Assembly (NCBI RefSeq): GCF_004010195.1
Contig: NC_057726.1
Span: 57,237,684-57,291,787, forward strand
Direction of reading: 5' to 3'
DNA length: 54,104 bases
DNA from: Chiloscyllium plagiosum
Taxonomy: Eukaryota
Shown: piece after piece, positions 10,493-22,599 of the stretch
Layout of the letters: each line of letters starts with the position of its first letter
Numbering within the stretch: position 1 is the first letter of the stretch
The notes under the pieces: generated by a model
Database searches by the model: none
The model's input: only the letters and a program-made list of their open reading frames with translations
Told to the model about the DNA's origin: nothing
Position numbers and translations under genes: made by a program

Positions 10493-13400
10493 TTTTGTGG
10501 CTTTCAGGAAACTCCTTTGCATTCATTAGCACACCTTGAATACACAATAATACCCCAGCTTGCTGGAATCTCATTCATAAACAGGAAACATGTTCATAAA
10601 CCCAACTGTACATATGAAGTGTGTAATTCATGGGCTAGTCTTCTTCTTTCAAGTTCCAGTGAATACAAACTTCTGTTACTTGGGTCCTTCATAGCAAAGC
10701 TGCTTCCAAGTACACTTAAAGTTCAAAGGCTGAAGCCTCACCAGGTCAACCAGCTCAACAGAAGGCTCTGTCTCTCAAGAATGTAAAAGGTGAAAGCTGA
10801 TCAGGCTCAGTAACCTGCCCCAGCGAAACAGTCACACTGGTTGACACTGTCAAACCTGGGGCAGGCAAGTGGGGAATCAATTGAAAAGGCATGTGAAATG
10901 AAAAGGGGACTTAAAAGGAGTCTTAAGAGAACAGGAGTCTGAACAGAAAAGTTTCCCAGAGAGATGAGGAATAACACTTAAAGGCTTTGATTGTTGGGGT
11001 TATAGGAAGAATCCTGGGAAGTAGAGGAGCAGACTCGGATGCAGAGAGCGGAGTCAGAGTGACATGAGGAAAGGGGCAAGAAGTGGTGGGATGTGCATAT
11101 AAGGATGGGGAAAGAATGGATTAACCAGGTGTGCTAGGAAAGGAGAAAGAAAAAGTGAATCAAAAATAAGGGGCAATGTCAGGAAGAGGCTAGGAATGTG
11201 ATCTGGATGGGAGTAGGGGATTAAGGGAATGATCAGCAATATTGAGGGAAACGGGAAAATTAACTGAACACATGTGACATGAACCAGCAGGATTCTTGAA
11301 CAGGAAGGGATTTCACTCCCTCAATATCCAGTTTTTGTGTGAACAAAGGCAAGAATTTCTTAGCTATGTACCCACTATTAAAGGAACTATCTGATGCTTA
11401 TATTTTGTACAATTCCTAGATGCGTCAAGTATTTAGTCCCCTGCATCATCTCTCAGGCTAGCTTGTGAGTGACAAGGTGTGTCTCTGGCAGACGTGGCTA
11501 AAGACGCCAGTGTGAAACCCTTTGATGCTGAAAAGCGCTACTGTGCTGTCCATGTATCCATTAGAGCCATCAGTGAACAGACAATTAGCTTTCTGCAGAT
11601 ATGCTTCCATTGCCAAGTCTGCTCAGTCGGAGCGCACTAGCCCTCGGGGGACAGGGTCTGTTGAAAAAATAAATATTTGCTGTGCGCTGCACAAAACAGC
11701 TCAATGAGAAGCTGTGAACATAGAAGATGGACGAACCACCACAGATGCTGAGGGAGCCAATGCAGTAGAGCCAGGTAGCAGTGGAATGGGAGAAGAGAGG
11801 AGAGAGAAACAATAGCAGCTAGGTTTGAGGGCAATTGGCTCTGCATGAACATGTGTCAACGATCAGAACCATGGGCCAATTATGGTGCCAAGGCATTGCT
11901 GCCCTGAAGGAAATCCTTGGTTTATAACTTTCAAAAAACATAACTAACTTTGTATTGATAGATTGTGAATGATTTTGTTCCTTTTGCACCGATACTTTCC
12001 TGTTCATTTTTCTGGCCAAAGCACCATGGGCTTCACTCACATGATTCAAACCTTCATTTGAAAATGGTAGTCATTTATCTTTCAGAGAATCTACTAAACG
12101 TAGAGAATCTATAGAGAATACCATAGATACTGTAGACAATCTATTGTGTGTGGGTTCACTCCCAAAACCCAAATGTTGAGTTTAATTTTGTGGTTATGTG
12201 TTGCTGCCTGAGAAGGTGTGTTGGGAATGCATTTTTTAAAATTTGTTTCAGAACAATATGAAAAACTGGAAGTTATAGAAATGTTTGGGCATTTTCTGGA
12301 TTGAAAAGATTTCACCATGTTCTTTCTTGGGAAGGACGTCTAATCTTTAATGTGTGCTGCAGCTAACTGGCTGTTTACAGAAAGCGAATTGGAGAAAAGA
12401 TAAGAAAGTGTTCAGGTTGATAAGAGGTTGGGTATACGGCCTTTAGTTGCTGAAGAAATCCCTTCACCCAAAGCGTGGTGAGTCTGTGGAATTCTCTGCT
12501 GCAGAAAATGGATGAGGCCAAAACATTGAATGTTCTCAAGAGGGAGTTAGGTATAGTTCTTAGGGTAAAGGGGTGAAAGAATGTAGTGAGAAATCGGGGA
12601 CATGTTACTCTGAGTTGGACAATAAGCCTTGATTATACTGAATGGTGGAGCAAGCTCAAAAGGCCAAATAGTCCTGCTCCTTTCTTTCCATGTTGCTATT
12701 AAAGCCTGGTTTTGAAATAAACTATGAGAGCCTCTCTGCAAATTGTTATCTAGCAACAATGACCGGTTGATAAGGTAGACACCTCAGGAGCTTCAAGTCT
12801 TTCTCTATCTCTCTCAGCAGAGGTATCTGGGAACCTGATAAAGCATCCAAGTATCTGTACTTATGGCTACCTTATAAACCCTAAAATACTCAAGTGTGAC
12901 CACTTTCACAAGACTCAGATCCAGCTTGATTTCAATCTTCCTCAGTTTACGATCATCAGTAGTTATTTTTCATTCATAAGAAATTTGATGGAATGTTGAA
13001 GTAATTAAATTCTATCCTTTATTTTCAGACCTTTGGCCAACATGGGTGTTATTACCTTTTGAGTTGTTGTTAAACATTGTTACGGCAGAGACTATTGTCT
13101 TTTTGTATAATGTGATTATATCTGTGGACAAATGGGGACGAGTTTAATTTGGGTAATTCGGTCAGCATGGATGAGTTGGACCAAAGGGTCTGTTTCCACG
13201 TTGCATAACTCTATGACTCTATATGACAACGTAGTGGAATATTTTTCATATGCTTGGATGAGTATGTGTCCAACAACATAGGAAAAGATTGACCCTGTCC
13301 AGGATAGTGCTGTTTGGTTGATTATCATCCTATCCATCATCTTAAACATTCATTCCATTATTCACCAAAATGCAGTTGCCACTATCTGTACCATCTATTC

Positions 13401-15856
13401 AATACTCTGGAGAAAGTGACTAAGGCTTCTTTGACAGTACTTTCCAAAGCCACAACATTTACCATCAAGAAGAAATAGAGCAGATGCACTGGAATACTGG
13501 CCATTTGCAAGGTCCCCGACACTCACTAGTTGATTCACTCTCCTATTGTCCTACCATTGCAGCATATTGTAATAACTGTTGATGCTTTCTCTGTCTGGGA
13601 GTAAGCAATTATGTAGTTTTGTATCTCAAGTCTCTTTTTAACAATAGCACAGTTCACTAAATCTAAACCTGGCAAGGATTACTAAACTAAAATTTTATCC
13701 CCAGTTTGTCTTCAGGCTGTCCTATCCTTTTGATCTTTCATTACTTTTTGGGAACTTTAAGATAGTCTGGAGCCACCTTTTTTAAAAATGTTTTTATTGA
13801 GAATTTTTTTCTTTACAAAATTATAAAATTACAAAAGTATAACAATTTAAAATTATAACAACAACTACAAGGAACTATCTATCTACTACCTTACTCTACA
13901 AAACAAATGAAAACTACACTCACTACAAATCTACCAATAAATAATGCCACTCAGCACAACCACACTGAGGCTCCCAACCTTCAGGAACATTAATTGTTAC
14001 ACCCGTATTTATTTGGGATTCTTCCTCCCAGGGCACAAGGCTCACTAAACCTAACCATCATGGCTAAACAAATGCCCTAATTAAAATGGCAGACAAGTCT
14101 GCCTCCAGGTAATTCAAAAAGGGTTGCCACGTCTTATGAAAAAGTTCCATTTTATGGTGCACTATGTTTGTGAGGAAATCCAAAGGGGGACGTTCCACAA
14201 TTAACTTGTGCCATCCCAACAGGCCCTGAGGGTTCTCAGACACCCAGCTCATCAAAATATTCTTCCTCGCACAATGTTAAATAGCTTCTTCCCATGTGCG
14301 TCTAAGGAAGATAAATTCTGCAGATACAAGAGCAGAGAGACCAGGTCTACTTTAACTTCTGTCCCCAGGACCCTCTCTATTACTCCTGCCACAATACTTC
14401 AGTACCTACAAAGCTTGTGGCAAGGCCACAAACAATGAGTGAGGGTACCTACGCTTACTTTGCACTTGGGGCATATTGGAGATGCTCCCTTTTTGAATTT
14501 CGCAAGACAATCTCGTGCCAAATGAACCCGATGAAGAACATTCAATTGCAGAGTGTGTGTTCTGTTACAGATCGAGATCTTTCTCGCATTCTCCCAAATG
14601 TCCTCCCATGTCTCTGAGGGAATCTCCACTCCCAACTCTTGCTCCCAGACCTTACATAGTCACTCAGTGTTGCTCAAGGCACCGCACCCTTGTAGATAGT
14701 AAAGAGTACTAAACGAGAGAGTGCTTGTGGCATGAAGCACTCTCCTCTCTGTGTTGGACCTATAGGGGTTGGTCAAAAGTGTAGTCTTTCTTTGGATGAA
14801 GTCCCTAACCTGAAAGTAATGTGGAAGATCTCTGCTGGGCAATCCATACTTGCAGCTCATTTGGTCGAAGGACATTGTGACCTCCCCCTCAAACAGATCT
14901 CCCAAACAGGAGACTCCCCTCATTCCCCATAGTTTGAATCCAGGGTCCATCATCCCTGGCCAGAATCCCAGCGTACCAACTATAGGGCTAAGAAAGGAGC
15001 TTTGAGATAAACTGCCCTCACTCTTGTCGCATTGCTCTCCATGCTTTGACCATATTAATATTGATTGGATTCTGACAGTATTCCATAACTGTCCTCATAT
15101 TATCCATAAACAACAAACTAGTAAGGGGGCACTTTGTTTGAGTGGCCTCGATATCCAACCATATTGATCTTGGGTCTTCACAAGCCCAATCGCTCACAAA
15201 GGTCAGAAGGGAGCTTAGTTGGTATCTCTTAATATCCGGAAAGTCTACGCCCCTCCCACCAACCCTTTGAGTAACTGCAATTTGGCCAGTTTAATGCAGG
15301 GCCGCCTGTGACGCCAAATAAAAGAACTAAACCAACCAGTGAGACTCCACATTTGACTGGGAAACATCAGAGGGAGCATTCACATACGATATAAAAGATA
15401 AGGAAGGACATTCATTTTGATAAGAATTGAGAGTGTGGTGCTGGAAAAGCACAGCAGGTCAGGCAGCATCCAAGGAGCAAGAGAATCAACGTTTCGGGAA
15501 AAAGCTCTTCATGAGGAATGAGTCCATCAGCACGTAGTCCTGGACCTTGGGGAATGTGCCGGTCTGCAATACTTGGTCGAGGTCAGCTCTGCGCCTGGAA
15601 GATCAAAAAGCGTCTTTCACGGAGTTGATGGTCCCAGGCGCAGTCAGTGCTTGTCTCAGTGTGCACCCCAGGGAACAGACCATAGGGTACAGAGTCCTGT
15701 GTCATGAAGCTGCTCAAGACAAACCTTGACAAAAAACACTGCATCACTCTCTAGACATTCTTCACAAAGGCAGGACCATCACTAACCTAACCATGTATGT
15801 TTGTGCACATGTCTGTTCTCTTGTATTTACGGAAATTTGACTTGTCGTGGTGTTTG

Positions 15857-16182
15857 ATTAGATTAGATTACTTACATTAGATTAGATTAGATTAGATTAG
15901 ATTAGATTAGATTGATTAGATTAGATTAGATTAGATTACTTACAGTGTGGAAACAGGCCCTTCGGCCCAACAAGTCCACACTGACCCGCCGAAGCGCAAC
16001 CCACCCATACCCCTACCCCTACATTTACCCCTTTAACCTAACACTATGGGCAATTTAGCGTGGCCAATTCACCTGACCCTGCACATCTTTGGACTGTGGG
16101 AGGAAACTGGAGCACCCGGAGGAAACCCATGCAGACACGGGGAGAACGTGCATACTCCACACAGTCAGTCGCCTGAGTCGGG
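15857..16182 (-). mobile_element. HE1 V-SINE with expanded (ATTAG)n tail
   Basis: Reverse-complement HE1 body; (attag)n microsatellite at 15857-15935. Confidence 0.9.
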
Positions 16183-16232
16183 ATCAAGCATAGGTTTTCA
16201 ACAAGTTACGAGATTGATGTGCTTATGTTCAA

Positions 16233-16463
16233 CTGGGCGAAACTGACGACTGCAGATGCTGGAGATTCGAGTCGAGAGTGTGGTGCTGGAAAAGCACAGC
16301 CGGTCAGGCAACACGCGAGGAGCAGGAAAATTAACGTTTCGGAAGGGCTTTTACTCGAAACGTTGATTCTCCTGCTCCTCGGATGCTGCCTGACCAGCTG
16401 TGCTTTTCCAGCACCACACTCTTGACTCGAATCTTCAGCATCTGCAGTCCTCACTTTCACCTA
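16233..16463. repeat. Fold-back (inverted repeat) Penelope-derived element, family B
   Basis: ~100-bp arms ctgcagatgctggagattcgagtcgagagtgtggtgctggaaaagcacagc... and ...gctgtgcttttccagcaccacactcttgactcgaatcttcagcatctgcag are near-perfect reverse complements. Confidence 0.85.
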
Positions 16464-17194
16464 ATTCATTTTGATAAGGGCTACTCGACCTAACCAGGAG
16501 ATTGAAAGGGCCTCACATCTTTGAAGATCTTGTCTAATCTTGTCATGCCAATGAGCAAAATTGGCCATGAATAAATGATCAAAGGTGGGAGGAACAAAAA
16601 TACCTAAATAAAGAAAAACCCCTGCGACCATTTAAAGGGGAATCATAATTCACCTTTCAGATCAGGTATTCCCTTCAGACTTCCCACGGGCATAGCCTCT
16701 GATTTTGCTAGATTGATCTTATATCCGGAAATAGAGTCAAATAAATTAATACATTGTATTAAATGGGGTACAGAAACTGCCGGGTTTGATAAGAGGAGGA
16801 GATCTTATGAGCCCTTGATCCCACTTCCGGGGCAGCTATGTTAGGGGTCCTTACAGATCGCCTCTGCCAGCTGCTCAATCACCATTGTAAACAGTAGCGG
16901 TGAGAGGGGACAACCTTGCTGACTGCCCCTACCAATTCTGAAATTATTGGATCTTTCACCATTGGTGAGAACCGCAGCCAGTGGATCATGATACAGGACC
17001 TCCACCCATCTGAGAAAAACATCACCTCAACCAAACTGTTCCAGAGTATAAAAAAGATATGGCCACTTCACCCGTTCAAATGCCTTCTCTGCATCCAAAG
17101 AGATCACCAAACCCTGACCTGATCGTTGCTGACACATAATTAGCAATCTTCTAATATTATTAGAGGACCTACGGGCCTTTATAAAACCCGTCTG

Positions 17195-17708
17195 ACCCGG
17201 TACGGAGGAAGGAGGGCAGGTCTGAAGATCTCCTCGTGGTTCTGCTCCTGGGCCTGGCCAAACTGGCCATCAACAGGTCCAGGCAGCGGGCCGTGGAGGG
17301 GGTCGTTAGGGCCGACTGCCTGCCCCTCTTCCGCGGTTATGTTAGAGCCCGGGTGTCCTTGGAGAAGGAGCACGCGGTGTCCACCAACACCCTGGAGTTG
17401 TTCAGGGAGAGGTGGGCGCCGCAGGGAGTGGAGTGCATCATTTCTCCCTCCAACTCTATTTTGATTTAGTCCCTACCCTCCCCTTCACTGTTTTGATCAC
17501 ACAGCACTGTCCTTTGATGTGAAGGGCAGCGCTTGTCACTGGCCACCCGGGTGTTTTCCTATCTTCCTGGTGGTGGAAATTGAATAAAGATTGGTGCACT
17601 TTGTGTCTTTCACTGTGTCTCACACCTGCACACACACACCATGGGTGCTGGGGATAAAATAAGCACTACCGCACTTAGGTGGTAGTGTGGGGGTTAAAAG
17701 AAAAAAAA
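17195..17708 (+). mobile_element. 5'-truncated Tx1/L1-like LINE 3' end inserted antisense in the L1
   Basis: ORF2 C-terminus (LGLAKLAINRSRQRAV...FRERWAPQGVEC...*), AATAAA, poly(A) at 17701-17709, and 14-bp TSD ataaaacc(c/t)gtctg at 17181-17194 / 17709-17722. Confidence 0.85.
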
Positions 17709-19762
17709 ATAAAACCTGTCTGGTTTTCCTTAACAATATGGGGCAACACATTCTCCAATGTCTTGGATAAAATTTTAAAATCCGAATTTAATAGCGAAAT
17801 GGGCCTATACAAAGCATAGGGTCTTCCCTTTCTTGAGGACGAGAGAGATGTTCGCTTCTCTCAGGGATGGCGGGAAGCAGTCATGACTGTTCGAATAGTT
17901 GGACATGTCCAGCATCAGCCCTGACAGGATTTTAATAAATTCTTTGTGGAATTCACTCAGGAGACCATCGGGGCCAGGCGCCTTCCTACTTTGGAGTTGT
18001 CTTACTGCCTCCTGTATCTCTGCACTGTCAAGGGGGCGTTAAGAAGAAACATCTGTTCTGAGGTCATACCTGGAAGGTCCAGGTTCTTATAAAAAGATTC
18101 TACCTTAGCCCACCAATCCTGCAGCATTCCGACCGATATAGCTCAGAGAAAAAACTCTGAAATATTTCATTGATCCTTTCAGAGTCACACATAAGAAATC
18201 CAGTGCCTTCTCTAAATTGACGTAATGGATTGGGTGGGGGAGGCGTTCTTTTTCTAGGCCAGATATGCCAGGTATTTGCCTGGCCTAACGCCATGCTCAA
18301 ACAGCCTTTGTTTTGCAAAGGAGAGTTCTCTCTTCGCTGTCTGAGTGAGTGTGGAGTTCAAAGCAACCAAGAGGGCTGCGACTTGCTGCAATTTAGTCAT
18401 TGACGGCCTGTCAAAATATACTGTCTCGACTGCCTTCAAACGGGCCCCAAGCAGATGTTGCTGCTTTCCCTTCTGCCTATTCTGGCTAGCCGAATAAGAG
18501 ATAACTCTCCCCCTAGCATAAGCCTTCGCAGTCTCCCAGAGTATAGACAGGTTGCTAGCCGTACCCAAATTCATAGCGAAGAACGCTTTGACCTCACTTG
18601 AGAAGTACTCGACAAACTTACTGTCCTTGAGTTTATAAGGATCCATCCGCCAATACCAGGAACCTAGTCCGCTGCCCTTAATTTCAACCTTCAAGTACAT
18701 TGCTGCATGATCGAACATGGATATGTTTCCAATTTTTCAGGACATCACTAAAACCAGAAAAACGGAAGATGCTTAAGAAAGGTCAATCCTTGTCCGAATT
18801 AGTGAGAAAGGTGAAGTCCCTACCTGTAGGGTGGAGACATCTCCAAATGTCTACCAACCTCAATTCCACGCATAGGTCAACCAATTGCGTGGATTGCGGA
18901 GAGACATTTGGGGGACGTTTGGGCATTCTATCCTCTGTGGGATCCATGAGGTGATTAAAATCTCCCCCATGATACTGTGTCACGTTCCGAGGGCAATCAA
19001 CATAGAAAGTGCATCAGTCAGGAATGTGAGGGGGTGTGCCAGGGGAGAATAAACGTTTAGAATGCCATATTCTTCACCAAGTATTAACGCTTTAAGGATT
19101 ACAAACCACCCATATTTCATCTTTAGCTTGATCTAATAACTTAAATGGGAGACTCTTCTGGATAAGTATGGCCACTCCTCTCCTCTTAGTGTTAAAGGAT
19201 GAAGAAAACACCCGATCAAACCAATCTTGTTGTAACTTTAGATGCTCCTTATCATTAAGATGGGTTTCTTGCAACAGGGCAATATCAACCCTCTCCTTTC
19301 TGAGACACAAAAGTACTTCTTTACTCTTAACTGGCGAGTGACTCCTTAATATTCCAGGTGCAACATTTAAGAGGACACTTAGCCATATCCCTCGATAACA
19401 ACTCTTAAACCCCTGAGAGGAAGACCCCAACAAACTAAACCAATTACAGCATACAAAAAACACTTGGTCAGAGACTCTCCCCTGCCCACAGCGGGTGCTT
19501 ATACTACTTGCATACACATCCATAACTCCTTCTAGCTTGAGCCACACCCAAACTCAGGCGAACGATAAACAACATAAATAGGTATTATAAACAGAAAAAT
19601 TAAAAGTGGGCACTTCACTCATCCACAAACCTCAATTATCACTGTTAAAAAAACAATACTTTCTGTAATAAAATAATAGAGAAAAAGAATTACACAAAGT
19701 AGAGAGAGAAAAAGGAAAAGAAAAGAGAACCATTATTGTCTATGGTCTTTGGACCATCCAGT

Positions 19763-20618
19763 CTATTTCAAAGCATGCAGAAAGTTCTTTGCTTTTTCTG
19801 AGGAGTCAAATACATGCACAGATCCTTCCTGATTAAACCGGAACACTGCGGGGTACCTAATGGAATATTGAATATCCAGATCCCTGAGTCTCTGCTTCAC
19901 CTTATCGAAGGACTTCCTCTTGCAGATCACAGCTGCAGAAAAGTCCTGAAAAAACATTATCTTTGAACCTTTATAAATCAGGGCCTGTGGATCCTTTCCC
20001 AGCGATCTGGAGGCTTCCATTACCTTCTGTTTGTCTCTGTAGGACTGGAATTGCACTAGAACCAGGCAGAGGCACTGGTCCAAATTGGGCCTGCACACTG
20101 CCACCTGGTGAGCTCTCGCAATCTACACCCGGCCCACCTCAGGCCTACCAGCCCAGAAATTGCGGCAGCCATTCTTCAATGAGAATTGGTGCCTTCCTCT
20201 CGCTCCTGCAGCCCGACCAGCCGGTTGTTTCTTCTTCAACCTCGATTTTCGAGTTGTCGACCTGTTCTAGTAAGGCCCGTACCTGCTTCTCCATGGCCTG
20301 CATACTTCATGCTGAGGACTCGACAGTGGTGTCCGCGTCGTGGTCTGCTGCTTGACCTGCTCCACTCGCTTCCCGAGGCTCTGCAGCTCCTGCGCATGCA
20401 TCTGCAGCATGGCTGAGATCGGTTGCAGCCTGGTGTGGCTCTCCACCATCGATGCCACGATCATCTGGAGTATTGCAATCTCCGCAGTCAGGCCTTGTTG
20501 TGTACGTGAGTCCTTCGGGATTTCGGGGGAGGCCGCAGCTGCGGCTGTGGGCATGTCCGATGCTGCAGGGGAGTGACCTGCCTGTTGTGATTTATTCTGT
20601 CCTTTTGCCTCTAGTCAT
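19763..20618 (-). pseudogene. L1 ORF1p (coiled coil + RRM + CTD), disrupted
   Basis: IMFFQDFSAAVICKRKSFDKVKQRLRDLDIQYSIRYPAVFRF matches the L1 ORF1 C-terminal domain. Stops and frameshifts upstream; ATG at 20618. Confidence 0.8.
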
Positions 20619-21189
20619 CTTCCCTTACTAAAAAAAAAAGGTATGTAGCCCTTCTACTAATATTAAACTATTGATTTTCTTCAACATAACTTAGTTGGGG
20701 AGGGTAAAAGCACCACTTTGCCTGAGTTGTGGTGCAGAGTTCAGCAAGGCAGACCTGCTAGATCACTGCCATCTTGGAACCTCAAGCGACTTTTTAACAG
20801 GCTTTCTCAGAACTTGTAATCTGAAAGAATGACTTATATTTCCTGGGCTATGATTTTCTCTTCAATGAATTTAAGTTGTCCCTTTTCCCCCATAGACTAT
20901 TGCCAATAGACTAACTGAAAAGGTCTGAAACCAGTAGATTTACAAGAGCTGGTCAAAACAATACAAGAGTTGAAGCCAGTTAGTCAATCAGTCACATCCT
21001 TCAAATCATTCAACATTTTGACTTGGAAATATGTCGCTGTTCCTTCATTGTCACCAGATCAAAATTATGAAATCCCTTTGACTCGGTACCAATTTCTCAA
21101 GGGTAATTTGAGATTAACTGACTTGCCAACTTCCTCGGATCCTGCGAAATTGGACCATGATTAAAAAGGACAGAAGCAGGACAAATAAT

Positions 21190-21371
21190 GGATTTCAAGG
21201 TATTTTTCAATGTATAATTTCAGTTACATCACACTGTAAACTTTTGCTATAAATTCTATGCCATACAATTGTGCCCTCCACAATCACCTGATGAAGGAGC
21301 GATGCTCCAAAAACTAGTGTGCTTCCAATTAAACCTGTTGGACTATAACCTGGTGTTGTGTGGTTTTTAAC
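21190..21371 (+). mobile_element. Penelope-associated family A element with decayed hammerhead motif
   Basis: cacCTGATGAaggagcgatgctccAAAAacTAgtg at 21285-21319 (GAAA mutated), followed by the family A tail aaacctgttggactataacctggtgttgtg. Confidence 0.75.
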
Positions 21372-21461
21372 AAATTAATAGATTGAAGATACATTGATTT
21401 GGAGGGTCTGAGAATAAAGTGAAAGACAAAATAAACTGGATAACAATCTTGACAGAAAATA

Positions 21462-21772
21462 TAGATTAGATTCCCTAGAGTGTGGAAACAGGCCCTTCAG
21501 CCCAACCAGTCCACACCGATCCTCTGAAGAGTAACCCACCCAGACCCATTTCCCTCTGACTAACGCATTTAACACTATGGACAATTTAGCATGGCCAACT
21601 CACCTGATCTGCACATCTTTAGACAGTGGGAGGAAACCAGAGCACTTGGAAGAAACCCACACAGACACGGGGAGAAAGTGCAAACTCCACACAGTCACCC
21701 AAGGCTGGAATCGAATCTGGGACGCTGGTGCTGTGAGGCTGCAGTGCTAACCACTGAGCCACCGTGCCACCC
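21462..21772 (-). mobile_element. HE1 V-SINE
   Basis: Reverse-complement HE1 head, V-domain and tail. Confidence 0.9.
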
Positions 21773-22599
21773 CAATAGAATACTAATGGGAAACACTCAA
21801 AAGGTTGATCAACTGAGTACCAGGAAAAGTCTATATTATTGAAAAGAAACAAGGATTAACCAAACACCACAGGTGAATAAGGACACAAGGGAAAAATTGA
21901 GGGTGTTGAATGTGATACAGGATTGGACAGCAGGGGACAGCAAGACAAGTACGATAGTTAATAGACTACCAATAAAAACAGAATATGTTAGGAAAGAGAA
22001 GACAAAAACTGTTAAATTATCAAGGAACATAAAAACGAAATGGCAAAATATTCCACAGGTAAGTGAATAAACAAGAAGTGAGGAGGGGAATAGCGTTACA
22101 ATGTGACAGTTCGGATATGAGCACTCTTGTCTCTTGTGATTGGATATTGATTTAAGTTGAGCTATAAGTGCAGTTTAAAAAATACATAGACAATTAATAA
22201 TATAGAACTTCAAAACAAACGTCCTTAACTTGATAGAATAAAGGGGTTCTCTTTGTTTCTCTGACATAAATAAGAGTTCAGGTCTGTGCACTATGTAAGA
22301 AATCCCAGCCCCAGCCTATTCAACCTCTCCCTATAGCTCAAATCATTACCCTGGCAACATCCTTGTAAATCCTTTCTGAACCCTTTCAAGTTTCACAACA
22401 TCCTTCTGATAGAAAGGAGACCAGAATTGCACACAGTATTCCTACAGTGGCCTAACCAATGTCCTGTACAGCGCAATATGACCTCCCATCTCCTGTACTC
22501 AATACTCTGACCAATAAAGGACAGCATACCAAACACCTTCTTCACTATCCTATCTACCTGTGACTACTTTCAAGGAGCTATGAACCTACACTCTAAGGT

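Larger units (their letters stand above)
15425..16463. mobile_element. Composite insertion bounded by Penelope-type terminal repeats (Tx1 fragment + HE1 SINE + fold-back element)
   Basis: Perfect 15-bp TSD attcattttgataag at 15410-15424 and 16464-16478; L1 ORF2 continues on either side. Confidence 0.8.
14064..19390 (-). pseudogene. L1 ORF2p (APE endonuclease + reverse transcriptase + Cys-rich C-terminus), disrupted
   Basis: DIALLQETHL, GGDFN..., LVDIWRCLHP, (S/F)DHA, QGCPLSPLLF at ~16890-16930, and CPKC...THCLWPC at 14399-14635. Confidence 0.85.
13778..20783 (-). mobile_element. Full-length degraded L1-clade LINE (ORF1 + ORF2) containing two nested insertions
   Basis: On the minus strand: YY1-type CAAGATGGC at the 5' end (20768-20776), ORF1, endonuclease and RT remnants, and AATAAA plus A-tail at ~13778-13800. 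Degenerate TSD agccaccttttt / agcgacttttt. Confidence 0.85.

Noticed and set aside
10980-11260. Purine-rich tract (also 7900-8200) as coding or structural element
   Set aside because: Low-complexity, strand-biased sequence without motifs or periodicity; probably decayed repeat.
15857-15935. (ATTAG)n array as a telomeric or CRISPR-like repeat
   Set aside because: It is the expanded 3' microsatellite tail of the adjacent HE1 SINE; there are no spacers.
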